This document shows, one piece after another, positions 36,912-45,761 of a stretch of DNA of 64,000 bases; position 1 is the first letter of the stretch, and each line of letters opens with the position of its first letter. Source of the stretch: a virus. Below the pieces are notes generated by a model. The model was not told the DNA's origin. It did no database searches and saw only the letters and a list, made by a program, of their open reading frames with translations. The stretch is from the UHGV virus genome UHGV-1376660; one strand, written 5' to 3'. The translations under genes and the position numbers were made by a program.

Positions 36912-37515
36912 CCCAACCACTGTAGAGAGTAGAAAGGCTCACTATCCGCTGTAGTGGGCCTTTTGTTTATCTGAAATCAGCTATCCACTGTAGTGAGTAA
37001 CAACAACCGAAGAGTAACCACTGTAGGCAGTAGTGCTCAAATAACGAAATAAATGTTAGTGGTTACAAACATAGATGAAACAAGGGCTGCGAGGTTAGTG
37101 GTCACTGGGTGACTTGTTAAATCCACTCTCTATAGTGGTTATCGTTGCTCCCTTCGCTATTGGCTATCCACTGTGGAGAGCAGAACCGGTTGGCTGGATA
37201 TACTATCCACTGTGGAGAGTAGATATCCGCTGAAAACAGTGAAGGTTTACTCTCCATAGTGGATACCCGCTGGAGGGCGCATTCCATCACTCTCTATAGT
37301 GGTTGTTTGCTGCGAATAAACGCCTGTTTACTCTCTACAGTGGATAGCGACGCCGATAAACGCCACTTTACTCACTACAGTGGATACAGGATGTCACGAC
37401 AGGAGTTTACTCACTACAGTGGTTGGGTTGCATACCTGAATGGCGCTCTACTCACTACAGTGGTTATGAGCCGGATACGCACGCGGTGAGCTGGCTACTC
37501 ACCGCAGTGGTTAGT
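36912..37515. repeat. downstream iteron array (incA-like): about 14 copies of a roughly 19 bp unit in both orientations
   Basis: Units such as AACCACTGTAGAGAGTAG (forward) and TACTCACTACAGTGGATAC (reverse). Seven consecutive reverse units sit at about 41 bp spacing (37245-37510). Confidence 0.7.
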
Positions 37516-37519
37516 GTTA

Positions 37520-37732
37520 TCAGTGGATTTTCTTCAGCAAACCCCAGAGTGTCCCGGCCTTTGTCGTGAGCTTACCTGTTTCCGGATCGTACATGCGCCA
37601 TTCGCGACGCTGGTGGACAATAACACCGTCCTCACGTTCCAGACGCTCTAGCACGCCGGGTTGCTTAAACCCTTTGGCACGCCAGTAGCCGCTTGTTTTT
37701 TCGATTTCCAGACCTGCCAGTGTAACCGCCAT
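37520..37732 (-). CDS. hypothetical protein (70 aa)
   Basis: ATG at 37732 overlaps the upstream stop as ATGA. Confidence 0.4.
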   Translation of the reverse strand: MAVTLAGLEIEKTSGYWRAKGFKQPGVLERLEREDGVIVHQRREWRMYDPETGKLTTKAGTLWGLLKKIH

Positions 37733-38067
37733 CAACCAACCTCCTTGCAGTCATCGAAAAGGTAGCTGGCGTTCTTCGCGTGAACGCCGTAGACATCACC
37801 TGATTTGTTGTAAACGAACTTATCTTCACCAACGCCAGACAGTTTGCCGTTACGTTTGGTGAGATAGGGGGAAGACAGGACGCGATCATCGCGCACAACA
37901 TAAAACTGTTCGCCGCTGTCCACAACCATCGCGCCGTAGCTGGCTTTGACGACATTGCGGATCACGTCGTTTTTCACTTCGGCCACTGACATCTCACACT
38001 CATAGACGTGCGTGTCCGCGTAGACAGGGAGGGAGATCAGCGCCAGAGCCAGGGCTGTTTTCTTCAT
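37732..38067 (-). CDS. secreted/periplasmic protein (111 aa) with a signal peptide
   Basis: MKKTALALALISLPVYA signal sequence; AAGGAG RBS. Confidence 0.55.
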   Translation of the reverse strand: MKKTALALALISLPVYADTHVYECEMSVAEVKNDVIRNVVKASYGAMVVDSGEQFYVVRDDRVLSSPYLTKRNGKLSGVGEDKFVYNKSGDVYGVHAKNASYLFDDCKEVG

Positions 38068-38243
38068 GCCACGACTCCTTTGATAACGCCGAATGCTGAG
38101 TCGAATACCAGCACTACGGCCAGCGCATTAACCATCGCGCCATTAACAGGCGCCAGCGCTTTACGGATTGCTCCGGTGAAGATGCAATCGAGCACAAAAG
38201 CTATCGAGACAATAAGTAATAAAGTGTCTAATACAGTTTTCAT
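38064..38243 (-). CDS. small hydrophobic membrane protein (59 aa), not in the ORF track
   Basis: Own translation MKTVLDTLLLIVSIAFVLDCIFTGAIRKALAPVNGAMVNALAVVLVFDSAFGVIKGVVA. Stop overlaps the next ATG; class 2 palindrome immediately upstream. Confidence 0.4.
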   Translation of the reverse strand: MKTVLDTLLLIVSIAFVLDCIFTGAIRKALAPVNGAMVNALAVVLVFDSAFGVIKGVVA

Positions 38244-38283
38244 GATAGGTAGATACTAACTTATATATTTTTTGCTGTAAATA

Positions 38284-38559
38284 TCACTCAAAAGTGCTGA
38301 TGCCTAAGATACGCTCAAGATGAGCCGCGTCTTCATCGCTTACCGGCATCGTGTCGTCGACGTACCAGCAACTACCGTTGTGCCAACAAACACCGTCATC
38401 ATCGACATACACAGAATCTGCATCAATGCCTGTGTACTCAACGAGATTGCGCTCAATTGCCGCTTGAATTTCTTCATCGTTCAGCCCATCGCACTTGACC
38501 ATGAATAGCGGGTAAACGTCATAGTCGGTGCTGGCTGAAATTCGAACCAAAATCTTCAT
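38284..38559 (-). CDS. small acidic protein (92 aa)
   Basis: ATG at 38559 with an AAGGAGAAG RBS; class 2-like element at 38574-38595. Confidence 0.5.
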   Translation of the reverse strand: MKILVRISASTDYDVYPLFMVKCDGLNDEEIQAAIERNLVEYTGIDADSVYVDDDGVCWHNGSCWYVDDTMPVSDEDAAHLERILGISTFE

Positions 38560-38627
38560 GTGTCTTCTCCTTGTTGGTAAGTACTTATTTATATTAATGT
38601 GCGCCATGCGGCGCACAATCATTGTGT

Positions 38628-39038
38628 TCAGGCTGGTGAAAAGAACTTCTCCAGCGTGCGGTCGACAGCTTTATCGATGTGCATCAGATGCCAGACGACC
38701 ATATCTTTACTTCCCATACCGCGGGTGTAGATCACGTCGAACTTACGCCAGGCGGCGTGAAACCAGTGCGGTGTATCATCAACCGGCAGATTCTCTCCAG
38801 CCTCCTTGAAGTACTTGAGCAGCATGGCCTGTTCAGCGGTGGGCGTCGGGCCAATCTCTTCCGCGTACATTCTGATGAAACGCTGCCAGTCGGCTTCATC
38901 TTCTGAAGGTTCCGGTGCGTTCATCTCTGCAATCGCCTCACGCAGCTGCGTCGCCCATTCTGGCTCCGGGAAGCCCTGGGCAATTTCGGTATCCACTACA
39001 TCCAGCGCAGCGTTGGCCGCGTCATACAGTTTCTTCAC
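38628..39038 (-). CDS. hypothetical protein (136 aa), GTG start
   Basis: GTG at 39038 with an AGGAGAAAAAGC RBS. Confidence 0.5.
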   Translation of the reverse strand: MKKLYDAANAALDVVDTEIAQGFPEPEWATQLREAIAEMNAPEPSEDEADWQRFIRMYAEEIGPTPTAEQAMLLKYFKEAGENLPVDDTPHWFHAAWRKFDVIYTRGMGSKDMVVWHLMHIDKAVDRTLEKFFSPA

Positions 39039-39393
39039 GCTTTTTCTCCTGCATTAAAAGGAACACGGTCATTGCCGCTCTGAAAGGGTTAGGGTTCTGG
39101 ATCAGATGTTGTGGCGTTGAGCTATCCACCTTTCTGTGGGCCGCTCTCCACTCGCCAGGCTGTCTGGCGGGGATTACGCCGATTCTGTGTCGATAAATAA
39201 TGTCCCACGCATCTTCCGGATCGTTACACCAGTCGAAGGTTCCGGCTCCGTTCGGGCCGATTGCGACCACTGCTGTGTAATCGCCTTCCTGTGAGCCTTT
39301 CCAGCCATATTGTGAGATAAGCGGTCGATGGCCGGTGGCTTCCGCGACCAGGCAGTTAATCTCAAAGTCCGTCATCTCGCTGTAATTTTTCAT
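39022..39393 (-). CDS. hypothetical protein (123 aa)
   Basis: ATG at 39393 with an AAGGAG RBS. Confidence 0.5.
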   Translation of the reverse strand: MKNYSEMTDFEINCLVAEATGHRPLISQYGWKGSQEGDYTAVVAIGPNGAGTFDWCNDPEDAWDIIYRHRIGVIPARQPGEWRAAHRKVDSSTPQHLIQNPNPFRAAMTVFLLMQEKKREETV

Positions 39394-39555
39394 TCCCGAT
39401 CTCCTTCTCATCCGTTGCCGAACAACTATGTGGCGTTGTCACTTTGTACTTCTACGGATGCTAATTCCGTATTAGTAACCAATTTGTTTTCTTGTTGGTG
39501 ATAATATGGAAATAAAAAAGGCGTCCAAGTGGACGCCGTATCTTTGAAAAGGCTG

Positions 39556-40386
39556 TTACTTCAACGCGATAAACGGAGTATTAGCCCCTTCAGTCATGTA
39601 CTGAGGCAACTGGCCATTCCATTTGTTGATGGCTTCCAGCTCCATGACGTTCGGGTTCTGACGTAATGCTTCACCGCGCAACTTGATGGCATCAGCTTCT
39701 GCTTGAGCACGCTTGCGGATAGCGTCGGCTTCACCTTCGGCTTGTTCACGCAGCATGTTCGCTTCTGCCTTGCGCTGCTCAACTTCCTGCTGGCGCTGGA
39801 GCGTTTTCTGGTTCGCGGTCACTTTGGCATTGATAGATTCGATGACAGTGTCCGGATAGTCTGGTTTGCCCACCCATGACAGGCTAATAACCTCAATACC
39901 TACCGGTGACATTTCTGCCTGAATGTCTTTCAGCGCATTGTCGAGCAGAGACGCCTTGCCACCGTCGATGAACGTGTCGGTAGTCATGCGGCTGGCCAGA
40001 CGGTTCAGTGAGTCCGCAATCTTCTGGCGCAGATCAGTGTCGGTAATGTCATCAACACCTTTGCGATAGGTCTGGAATACGGTAGTTACTTTGTCGCGAT
40101 TAACCAGATATGCCACACCAATTTTGTGGCCGATGGCTGTACCGTCGCTCATCTGGAATGTGAACGGCTCATCGTAGGTTTTCATCTGTTTGAAAGTGGG
40201 GAAGGTGTACAGCTCGGTATTCAGACCAGTCCACTGACGGCCAACGCCGACAACTTCACCGATACCTTTGTCTTCACCCAATTTGTTTACCTTAATGCCA
40301 ACGTATCCCGGTTCCACGCGATCGCAGCCGGTCAGACCCATTGTGCAAATAGCAGCCAAAGCCACCGCCAGTAAACCTTTCTTCAT
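39556..40386 (-). CDS. SPFH/band-7 domain lipoprotein
   Basis: Lipobox LTGC after the signal peptide, SPFH core, and a C-terminal charged coiled coil. Confidence 0.6.
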   Translation of the reverse strand: MKKGLLAVALAAICTMGLTGCDRVEPGYVGIKVNKLGEDKGIGEVVGVGRQWTGLNTELYTFPTFKQMKTYDEPFTFQMSDGTAIGHKIGVAYLVNRDKVTTVFQTYRKGVDDITDTDLRQKIADSLNRLASRMTTDTFIDGGKASLLDNALKDIQAEMSPVGIEVISLSWVGKPDYPDTVIESINAKVTANQKTLQRQQEVEQRKAEANMLREQAEGEADAIRKRAQAEADAIKLRGEALRQNPNVMELEAINKWNGQLPQYMTEGANTPFIALK

Positions 40387-40389
40387 TAC

Positions 40390-40590
40390 TTACTTCTCCT
40401 TAGTTTTGTTGAGTGAGTTGATATACCTGCGGCCAGCTTTTAACAAGGCAACCGGGAAGACTACAGCGATGGCAAGTCCGATAAATAAGGCCAGATCGCT
40501 TTTAGCTGAGATAAGCGATGGAACCAGTAAACCGTAGATAAAGCAGACTGATATCACCGCTGAAACAGCCATGAGATAACCCTTGATCAT
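40390..40590 (-). CDS. small membrane protein (66 aa), likely partner of the SPFH protein
   Basis: Two hydrophobic segments; AAGGAAA RBS; 4 bp downstream of the SPFH gene. Confidence 0.45.
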   Translation of the reverse strand: MIKGYLMAVSAVISVCFIYGLLVPSLISAKSDLALFIGLAIAVVFPVALLKAGRRYINSLNKTKEK

Positions 40591-40654
40591 GTGTTTCCTT
40601 TTGTCGTTTTGGTGTAGAAATGATAAGTAAGTACTTATATATTTTCAAGTATAA

Positions 40655-40678
40655 AAAGGCGTCCAACGGACGCCTTGT
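40655..40678 (-). terminator. GC-rich hairpin GGCGTCCAACGGACGCC with a T-run on the minus strand
   Basis: Lies right after the recA-like stop. Confidence 0.6.
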
Positions 40679-40680
40679 GA

Positions 40681-41757
40681 TTACGCTTCTTCTGTCTCTG
40701 CTGGGGACGACTCTTTCGCTCGCCGTTCGTCTATCGCCTGGAGTGCTGCGATGATTTCCGGGAGTGGCTTCTCGCGGTACATCTCGACGATCTGCGATTT
40801 GGTGTATTTCTTATCGCCAATTTCCACACGCCCGCTGGCGTTCTTGGGCAGGTATCCTTCCTCCAGCATGTACTCAACCAGCGATTCGATGACGTCCAGC
40901 CCGCGAGTCGGGTCGAAGTAGAATTTCCATGAGCATTTGCCAAACGGAGGCGCGACTTTGTTTTTAATGCACTCGGCGCCAACGTCCTGTCCGATCTTCT
41001 CTTTGCCATCCTTCATAACGGATGCGCCCAGACGGATGCGCACCGACGCGTAGAACTTCGGAGAGTCGCCACCTGGAGACGTCGTCGGATCGCCAAACAT
41101 CACGCCAATTTTGGTACGCACCTGGTTCAAGAAGATGATGCACGCGTTGTACTTACGCGCCCAAAGCGCCAGAGTAGGGAAGTTCGCACTCGTCGCGCGC
41201 GCCAGCGCCGTGTTGTCGTTCATGTTCAGCTGATCTTTGTCCTTCGCAGTGCCTTCTGCCATCTTGTCGAACTTCTCAGCCTTCGAGTTCGGAACCATCG
41301 ACGCCAGAGAGTCGGCAACGATGCAGATAGGGGCTGTTTCCGGGATAAGCTCTTCGTCGCGCACCAGCTTGAGGATTGTGCCGATCAGCTCGACGGAATC
41401 TTCGAAGGTATCCGGCTGTTTGTAGACCCACTGACCGTCGTCTTCGTCGGCGTTCAGTCCGTTCGCTACCGCCAGACCAACGTCGAAACTGTTTTCGTGG
41501 TCAAGGAATACGGCCAGACCATCCTGTTTCTGTGCTGACACCATTGCAGCCGTCGCCAAAAAGGTTTTACCGGCGCTTGGTGGCCCGAAGACTTCAACGA
41601 TACGCCCACACGGAAAACCACCGTCGTAACGTCCGGAAATGGCTTTGTTCAGTGGAGGGAAACCGGAGTCAATCCAGTGGGAGACCTTCTGGATCTCGTC
41701 ATTGCTGCCGATTTTCTTTTTCAGCGCCAGTGCCAGTGCGGATTTGCCTTTTGCCAT
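40681..41757 (-). CDS. RecA/UvsX-like recombinase
   Basis: Walker A GPPSAGKT, IVADSLASMVP, and the NQVR.KIGVMFG..TTSPGG..KFYASVR loop L2 region. Confidence 0.8.
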   Translation of the reverse strand: MAKGKSALALALKKKIGSNDEIQKVSHWIDSGFPPLNKAISGRYDGGFPCGRIVEVFGPPSAGKTFLATAAMVSAQKQDGLAVFLDHENSFDVGLAVANGLNADEDDGQWVYKQPDTFEDSVELIGTILKLVRDEELIPETAPICIVADSLASMVPNSKAEKFDKMAEGTAKDKDQLNMNDNTALARATSANFPTLALWARKYNACIIFLNQVRTKIGVMFGDPTTSPGGDSPKFYASVRIRLGASVMKDGKEKIGQDVGAECIKNKVAPPFGKCSWKFYFDPTRGLDVIESLVEYMLEEGYLPKNASGRVEIGDKKYTKSQIVEMYREKPLPEIIAALQAIDERRAKESSPAETEEA

Positions 41758-41759
41758 GA

Positions 41760-42026
41760 TTAGGCTCCTTTTGATTCGTTGATTCGCTTCGAAGCAGCGG
41801 CTTCGTCAAACTTGATTGCGTCGTGGTTCAGGTGTTTGGCGACGCGAGCGATGATCTTCACGACCTGCTCGCTGACCAGCGCGAACTCACGCTCAGTAGC
41901 AGAAATGCCAGCAGCGCCCAGAATGTTCGGCAGCGCCACCACAGCGTGCTCGCCGTGGCAGAAGACAATCTCTTTAGCCAGCATGGTTGGCGTAGTTGCC
42001 CCGCCATTAATGATGGATTTCAGCAT
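41760..42026 (-). CDS. hypothetical protein (88 aa)
   Basis: ATG at 42026 with a GAGAGG RBS; overlaps the FEN stop. Confidence 0.45.
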   Translation of the reverse strand: MLKSIINGGATTPTMLAKEIVFCHGEHAVVALPNILGAAGISATEREFALVSEQVVKIIARVAKHLNHDAIKFDEAAASKRINESKGA

Positions 42027-43021
42027 CAGCAGTACCTCTCAAATGGCAGAACAAACACTTCCAGATCTTCCAGAAACGACCGGAAATTCAGCTCGTAACA
42101 CATCTGTTCGAAGGCATTCATGTCGCGTGCGCCTTTAATCGACTCGATTTCGCTGGGTGGGAATTTTGTGTCGATAAGGTTCATCAGCATCATGTTGCGC
42201 TTAAAGGCTTCGAGCATCCGGCAGCCCGTCTTCTCGTTGAAGGCGTTCTTTGCCAGCTTGTTGAATGCCGTCTTATAGCGACCTTTGTTGATGACAATGG
42301 AGCCGTCGTTAATGCCGCGTACCATTGCGGCCACGCTTCCCCATTCATGAAGCAGCTCTTTCGCGCCACCATCACCAATGCCGCCGACGCCTTTGATGTT
42401 GTCCGAGTTATCGCCCTGCAACGCTTTCGCTTCCAGAAACGCTCGTGGCGTTGGCAGACCGGTCAGCTCTGCGAACTGTTCGAAGTTCACCTGCTTGTGC
42501 TTGGCATCTTCACGCAGGCTTACCCAGCTCACATTCTCGCGAACCAGCTGGAGCCAGTCGCCATCGCCAGTCAGCAGGTAGATGCGATCGACGGTCGGCT
42601 GCGGAGCCAGGCGAGAGACCAGCATTCCAGCCAGGTCGTCCGCTTCTGCGTCCTTTGCAATGAGTTGGTTAACGCCCAGCGCGGTCATCATTTTCAAGAT
42701 GTACGGCTTCTGGATGGCAAAGCCTTCTTTCATCTTCTTCATATCCGGGTCGTCATCGCGATTCGCTTTGTACTCCGGGTAGAAGTCGCGACGTTTGTCG
42801 CTGAATCCATCCCACAAGATCATTGGGCGGGCATGGAGAATTGAGGCGTAACGACGAACGTTCTTCACGAAGCCAAAAGCCGCCTGAACTTCCATCTCGC
42901 CGTTGTGTAATTTGTCGGATTGCTGGTGGTAATAGCCCAGGCTGTTACCGTCCACAAAGAGATAATTCACCGGTACACTCCTTCCAAAAAGTAAGGCGTC
43001 CGTAGACGCCTTACTGGTCAC
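42026..43021 (-). CDS. 5'-3' exonuclease / flap endonuclease (T4 RNase H / T5 D15 family)
   Basis: N-terminal YLFVDGNSLGYY and 5'-3' exonuclease N and I regions. The start is GTG. Confidence 0.75.
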   Translation of the reverse strand: MTSKASTDALLFGRSVPVNYLFVDGNSLGYYHQQSDKLHNGEMEVQAAFGFVKNVRRYASILHARPMILWDGFSDKRRDFYPEYKANRDDDPDMKKMKEGFAIQKPYILKMMTALGVNQLIAKDAEADDLAGMLVSRLAPQPTVDRIYLLTGDGDWLQLVRENVSWVSLREDAKHKQVNFEQFAELTGLPTPRAFLEAKALQGDNSDNIKGVGGIGDGGAKELLHEWGSVAAMVRGINDGSIVINKGRYKTAFNKLAKNAFNEKTGCRMLEAFKRNMMLMNLIDTKFPPSEIESIKGARDMNAFEQMCYELNFRSFLEDLEVFVLPFERYC

Positions 43022-43030
43022 GTTATGGGA

Positions 43031-44059
43031 TTACAGAGCGTCCAGTTCAGCCAGCAGGTCGTCGAGACCTTCGTCAGCTGGTGCAGATGCAGCGGCAGCA
43101 GATGCTGAAGCACTTGCAGCTGCGGCGGCTTCCGGAGCTTTAACTTCTTCCGGTTTAGTTTCCGGTTTGAACTCAGCTTCAGCGGCACGCAGGATCTCTT
43201 CATCAACCAGGCTGGTGGACTCTGGAGCCGGAGTGTGTGCTGTAGCGACAGCAGCTGCGCCTTCCGTATGACCAGTGATAGAGCCAAAGCCTGGCAGTTC
43301 AGCAGCAGCTGATTTTGCAGCGGAAGAAATGGCCGGAGAGGACATTGTTGCTGCCGGAGCCGCAATACCAATCAGACGACCCATAGTGCGAGCCGTAGAC
43401 AGCAGACGAGTTTCGTCAGCCTGGTTCGCGTATGCGATCAGATCGTGTTGGGTAGTCCAGAGCTTCTCAGGAATGTCGCCTTTGTAGACTTTACGTTTCG
43501 GGGATACGTCGTACTTGGTGTCACGACCGGAACCGGTACGCTTAATCAGGAACGCATAGCCTTCTTCTTTGCTCAGTGGGTTGCCGATATCATCCGCAAT
43601 ATCTTCGGACATCACTTTGCAGATATCGTCGAAGACCGTAGACGGCAGCTCAATCAACTGGCATTTCTCTGCGTCTGCAAAGTCTTCACGCGCAGACAGA
43701 ACACCGTTGACCAGATAACGCGGTGTAGCACGCATACTGTTAATGCGCTCTTCCATCGCTTTGTTGCCCTTAAAGCGAGCACGACCTTCCATAACCATCT
43801 CACACAGCTGGCAAGCGTGGCCGTGGGTGTGCTGTTCGCAGATGTAGGCGGTTGTTACATCTTTGCCTTCCTCATTCTGATGCTTAACGTAGTGCATACC
43901 GAATGTCTGGAAGAACACGCCATTCGGGTCGTCCTTGTTCGGAAAAATGCGCAGATAGTTATTGCCGTCTTTCAGACGGGTCAAATCAACGTTATTGCCA
44001 CGTTTAGAAGCAATATCGCCACGGGTCTTGTTAAGCAGATCAAGTAATGACTTAGACAT
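43031..44059 (-). CDS. single-stranded DNA-binding protein, T4 gp32-like
   Basis: LRIFPNKDD and the Zn site HTHGHACQLC parallel gp32; acidic C-terminal tail DEGLDDLLAELDAL. Confidence 0.75.
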   Translation of the reverse strand: MSKSLLDLLNKTRGDIASKRGNNVDLTRLKDGNNYLRIFPNKDDPNGVFFQTFGMHYVKHQNEEGKDVTTAYICEQHTHGHACQLCEMVMEGRARFKGNKAMEERINSMRATPRYLVNGVLSAREDFADAEKCQLIELPSTVFDDICKVMSEDIADDIGNPLSKEEGYAFLIKRTGSGRDTKYDVSPKRKVYKGDIPEKLWTTQHDLIAYANQADETRLLSTARTMGRLIGIAAPAATMSSPAISSAAKSAAAELPGFGSITGHTEGAAAVATAHTPAPESTSLVDEEILRAAEAEFKPETKPEEVKAPEAAAAASASASAAAASAPADEGLDDLLAELDAL

Positions 44060-44143
44060 GTATTTCTCCTTGTTGTGATTGTGGCCATTGGCGCTATGCG
44101 CGTTGGGCGTTCGCTTATTCGTGGCTCTTTCGAGCGAGAAGAA

Positions 44144-44170
44144 TGATAGATCAGTACTTACTTACGATCT
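44144..44170. promoter_or_regulatory. class 2-like palindrome upstream of the gp32-like ssb gene
   Basis: TGATAGATCAGTACTTACTTACGATCT, a degenerate member of the family. Confidence 0.4.
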
Positions 44171-44178
44171 AGCATAAA

Positions 44179-44610
44179 TTAACGGGGAGAGTGGAAACGT
44201 TCGGCGCCCAAACGTTCAATCTCCACGATAGCCATTTTGGACGCCTGGACAATCATGTCGCGGCGGTGAGAGAAGGCGGCTACAGCGTGCTTGTACAGAT
44301 CTGCAATGTGCCGGGCATCGTCGAGTTTCTGGCGCTTTGCGAGGTATTGCGGGTTGGTTCTAACCTTTGCCTCCAGTACGGACTCATTAAACTTAATGCC
44401 GTTCATACTCAGGTTCTTACGCTCATTGTCGTAGATTTTCGCCTCAATCGCATCGAGGGAGAGTTTTGCATCTGCGACCTCGCGTTCTGCCCGCGCCAGC
44501 TTAGAGCCGTACTCCATCAACAGGCGCGGTTGCTGACGCCAGACTTCCTCAAGATTGTCGCGGTCGAACTCCAGATCGGACATGATTTTTTCGTAGATAT
44601 CGGTGCTCAT
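44179..44610 (-). CDS. possible UvsY-like recombination mediator (143 aa)
   Basis: Size, position next to the ssb and recA-like genes, and loose similarity of helical segments to T4 UvsY, from memory. Confidence 0.3.
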   Translation of the reverse strand: MSTDIYEKIMSDLEFDRDNLEEVWRQQPRLLMEYGSKLARAEREVADAKLSLDAIEAKIYDNERKNLSMNGIKFNESVLEAKVRTNPQYLAKRQKLDDARHIADLYKHAVAAFSHRRDMIVQASKMAIVEIERLGAERFHSPR

Positions 44611-44864
44611 GGTGTTAATTACCTGCTTATTTATATATATCAATTTTATCATGGTGGGAGCAGGCAGTGGAGATTATGACACGATGAAATGGAGGTTATG
44701 AGATAGGCAAGCCAGTGAAAAATCGGGTGGTTCTGGTACTCTATGCGCCGTTAAAAGCTGGCCGTAGACAGCGTGCGACAACAGGGCGGGGACATGGACG
44801 GATGAATTTCATTCGCCGTTGACAGATGTCAACGCTGGTAATAGTATAATATTGTCGGAGGCGA

Positions 44865-45089
44865 ATGAAGAAACATTCGAACAAGCACATTCAAGCGGCC
44901 ATTGAATATGCTTTAGACCAAGGCTGGGTTTGGGTTGCACCGGGCGATTCTGCTCACTGCTTTTGCAGGTTGCGTTGTGGCAATCCAGAAGGTGAACACC
45001 GAGATCACCAAATGAGTGTATGGTCGACGCCGAAAAGTGCTGAAAACCATGCCAAGCGAATCATAAGCACCGTAAAACACTGCAAGTGA
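44865..45089 (+). CDS. small basic protein (74 aa), possibly HicA/YcfA-like toxin fold
   Basis: GW...G.S.H..F......H and a C-terminal K-rich segment resemble HicA. Own sigma70-like promoter (TTGACA...TATAAT at about 44800-44840). Confidence 0.3.
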   Translation: MKKHSNKHIQAAIEYALDQGWVWVAPGDSAHCFCRLRCGNPEGEHRDHQMSVWSTPKSAENHAKRIISTVKHCK

Positions 45090-45168
45090 TTTTGCCCGGT
45101 AAGGAGTGGCGACAACCACTCCTTACCGAATATAAGAGAATACTCTGAATACTAAACGAAGAGGTACT

Positions 45169-45732
45169 ATGGCGCTTTATAACTTCACTCTGACACTCTC
45201 AGGCGTAACGTATGAGACCGAAGGACTGGAAGACGCGCTGTACGAAAGCGGCTGTGACGATGCGCTGATTTGCGCATATGGAAACTCCGTCTATGTTGAG
45301 TTCGACCGCGAAGCTGAATCGCTGGATGCAGCTATTGCATCAGCGGTCGACAATATCGAATCAGCCGGAATCGGCGCTATTGTTGAATCTGTCGACTCTG
45401 CCCTTGTAGGCTTGAGCGACATTGCAGAAATAACAGAAATGTCTCGCCAGGCGATTGCGATGCTGAAAGATGGCACTCGTGGTAGCGGAGACTTCCCTTG
45501 CCCTATCCAACGAATCAAAGGCCAATCTCCACTTTGGGATTGGGCTGATGTAGCCGAATGGCTACTAAAGAACGGTCGATTAAAAGAAGACAGCAACTTG
45601 GTAAATAACGCTCGTGTGCTGAGTAAATGGAATCTTGCCTTACGTGCAAGCGCTTCAAAAGATTTTCAAGAAGTTGAGTCGATCGCGGTAGCTCTTATCG
45701 CACGTCGACGTCATCACGCCGAATGCGCATGA
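45169..45732 (+). CDS. hypothetical protein (187 aa) co-transcribed with the 44865..45089 gene; possible antitoxin or partner
   Basis: GAAGAGG RBS; the terminator at 45735-45757 ends the two-gene unit. Confidence 0.45.
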   Translation: MALYNFTLTLSGVTYETEGLEDALYESGCDDALICAYGNSVYVEFDREAESLDAAIASAVDNIESAGIGAIVESVDSALVGLSDIAEITEMSRQAIAMLKDGTRGSGDFPCPIQRIKGQSPLWDWADVAEWLLKNGRLKEDSNLVNNARVLSKWNLALRASASKDFQEVESIAVALIARRRHHAECA

Positions 45733-45734
45733 AA

Positions 45735-45757
45735 AAACCCGCCAATCGGCGGGTTTT
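45735..45757. terminator. bidirectional terminator AAACCCGCCAATCGGCGGGTTT
   Basis: Perfect hairpin with A and T runs on both sides. Confidence 0.7.
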
Positions 45758-45761
45758 TGCT

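Noticed and set aside
13033-44170. Class 2 palindromes as ordinary intrinsic terminators
   Set aside because: Not fully rejected, but the genome's demonstrable terminators are GC-rich GGCCAC..GTGGCC hairpins, whereas these AT-rich palindromes are conserved at the sequence level. They are kept as a regulatory element family instead.
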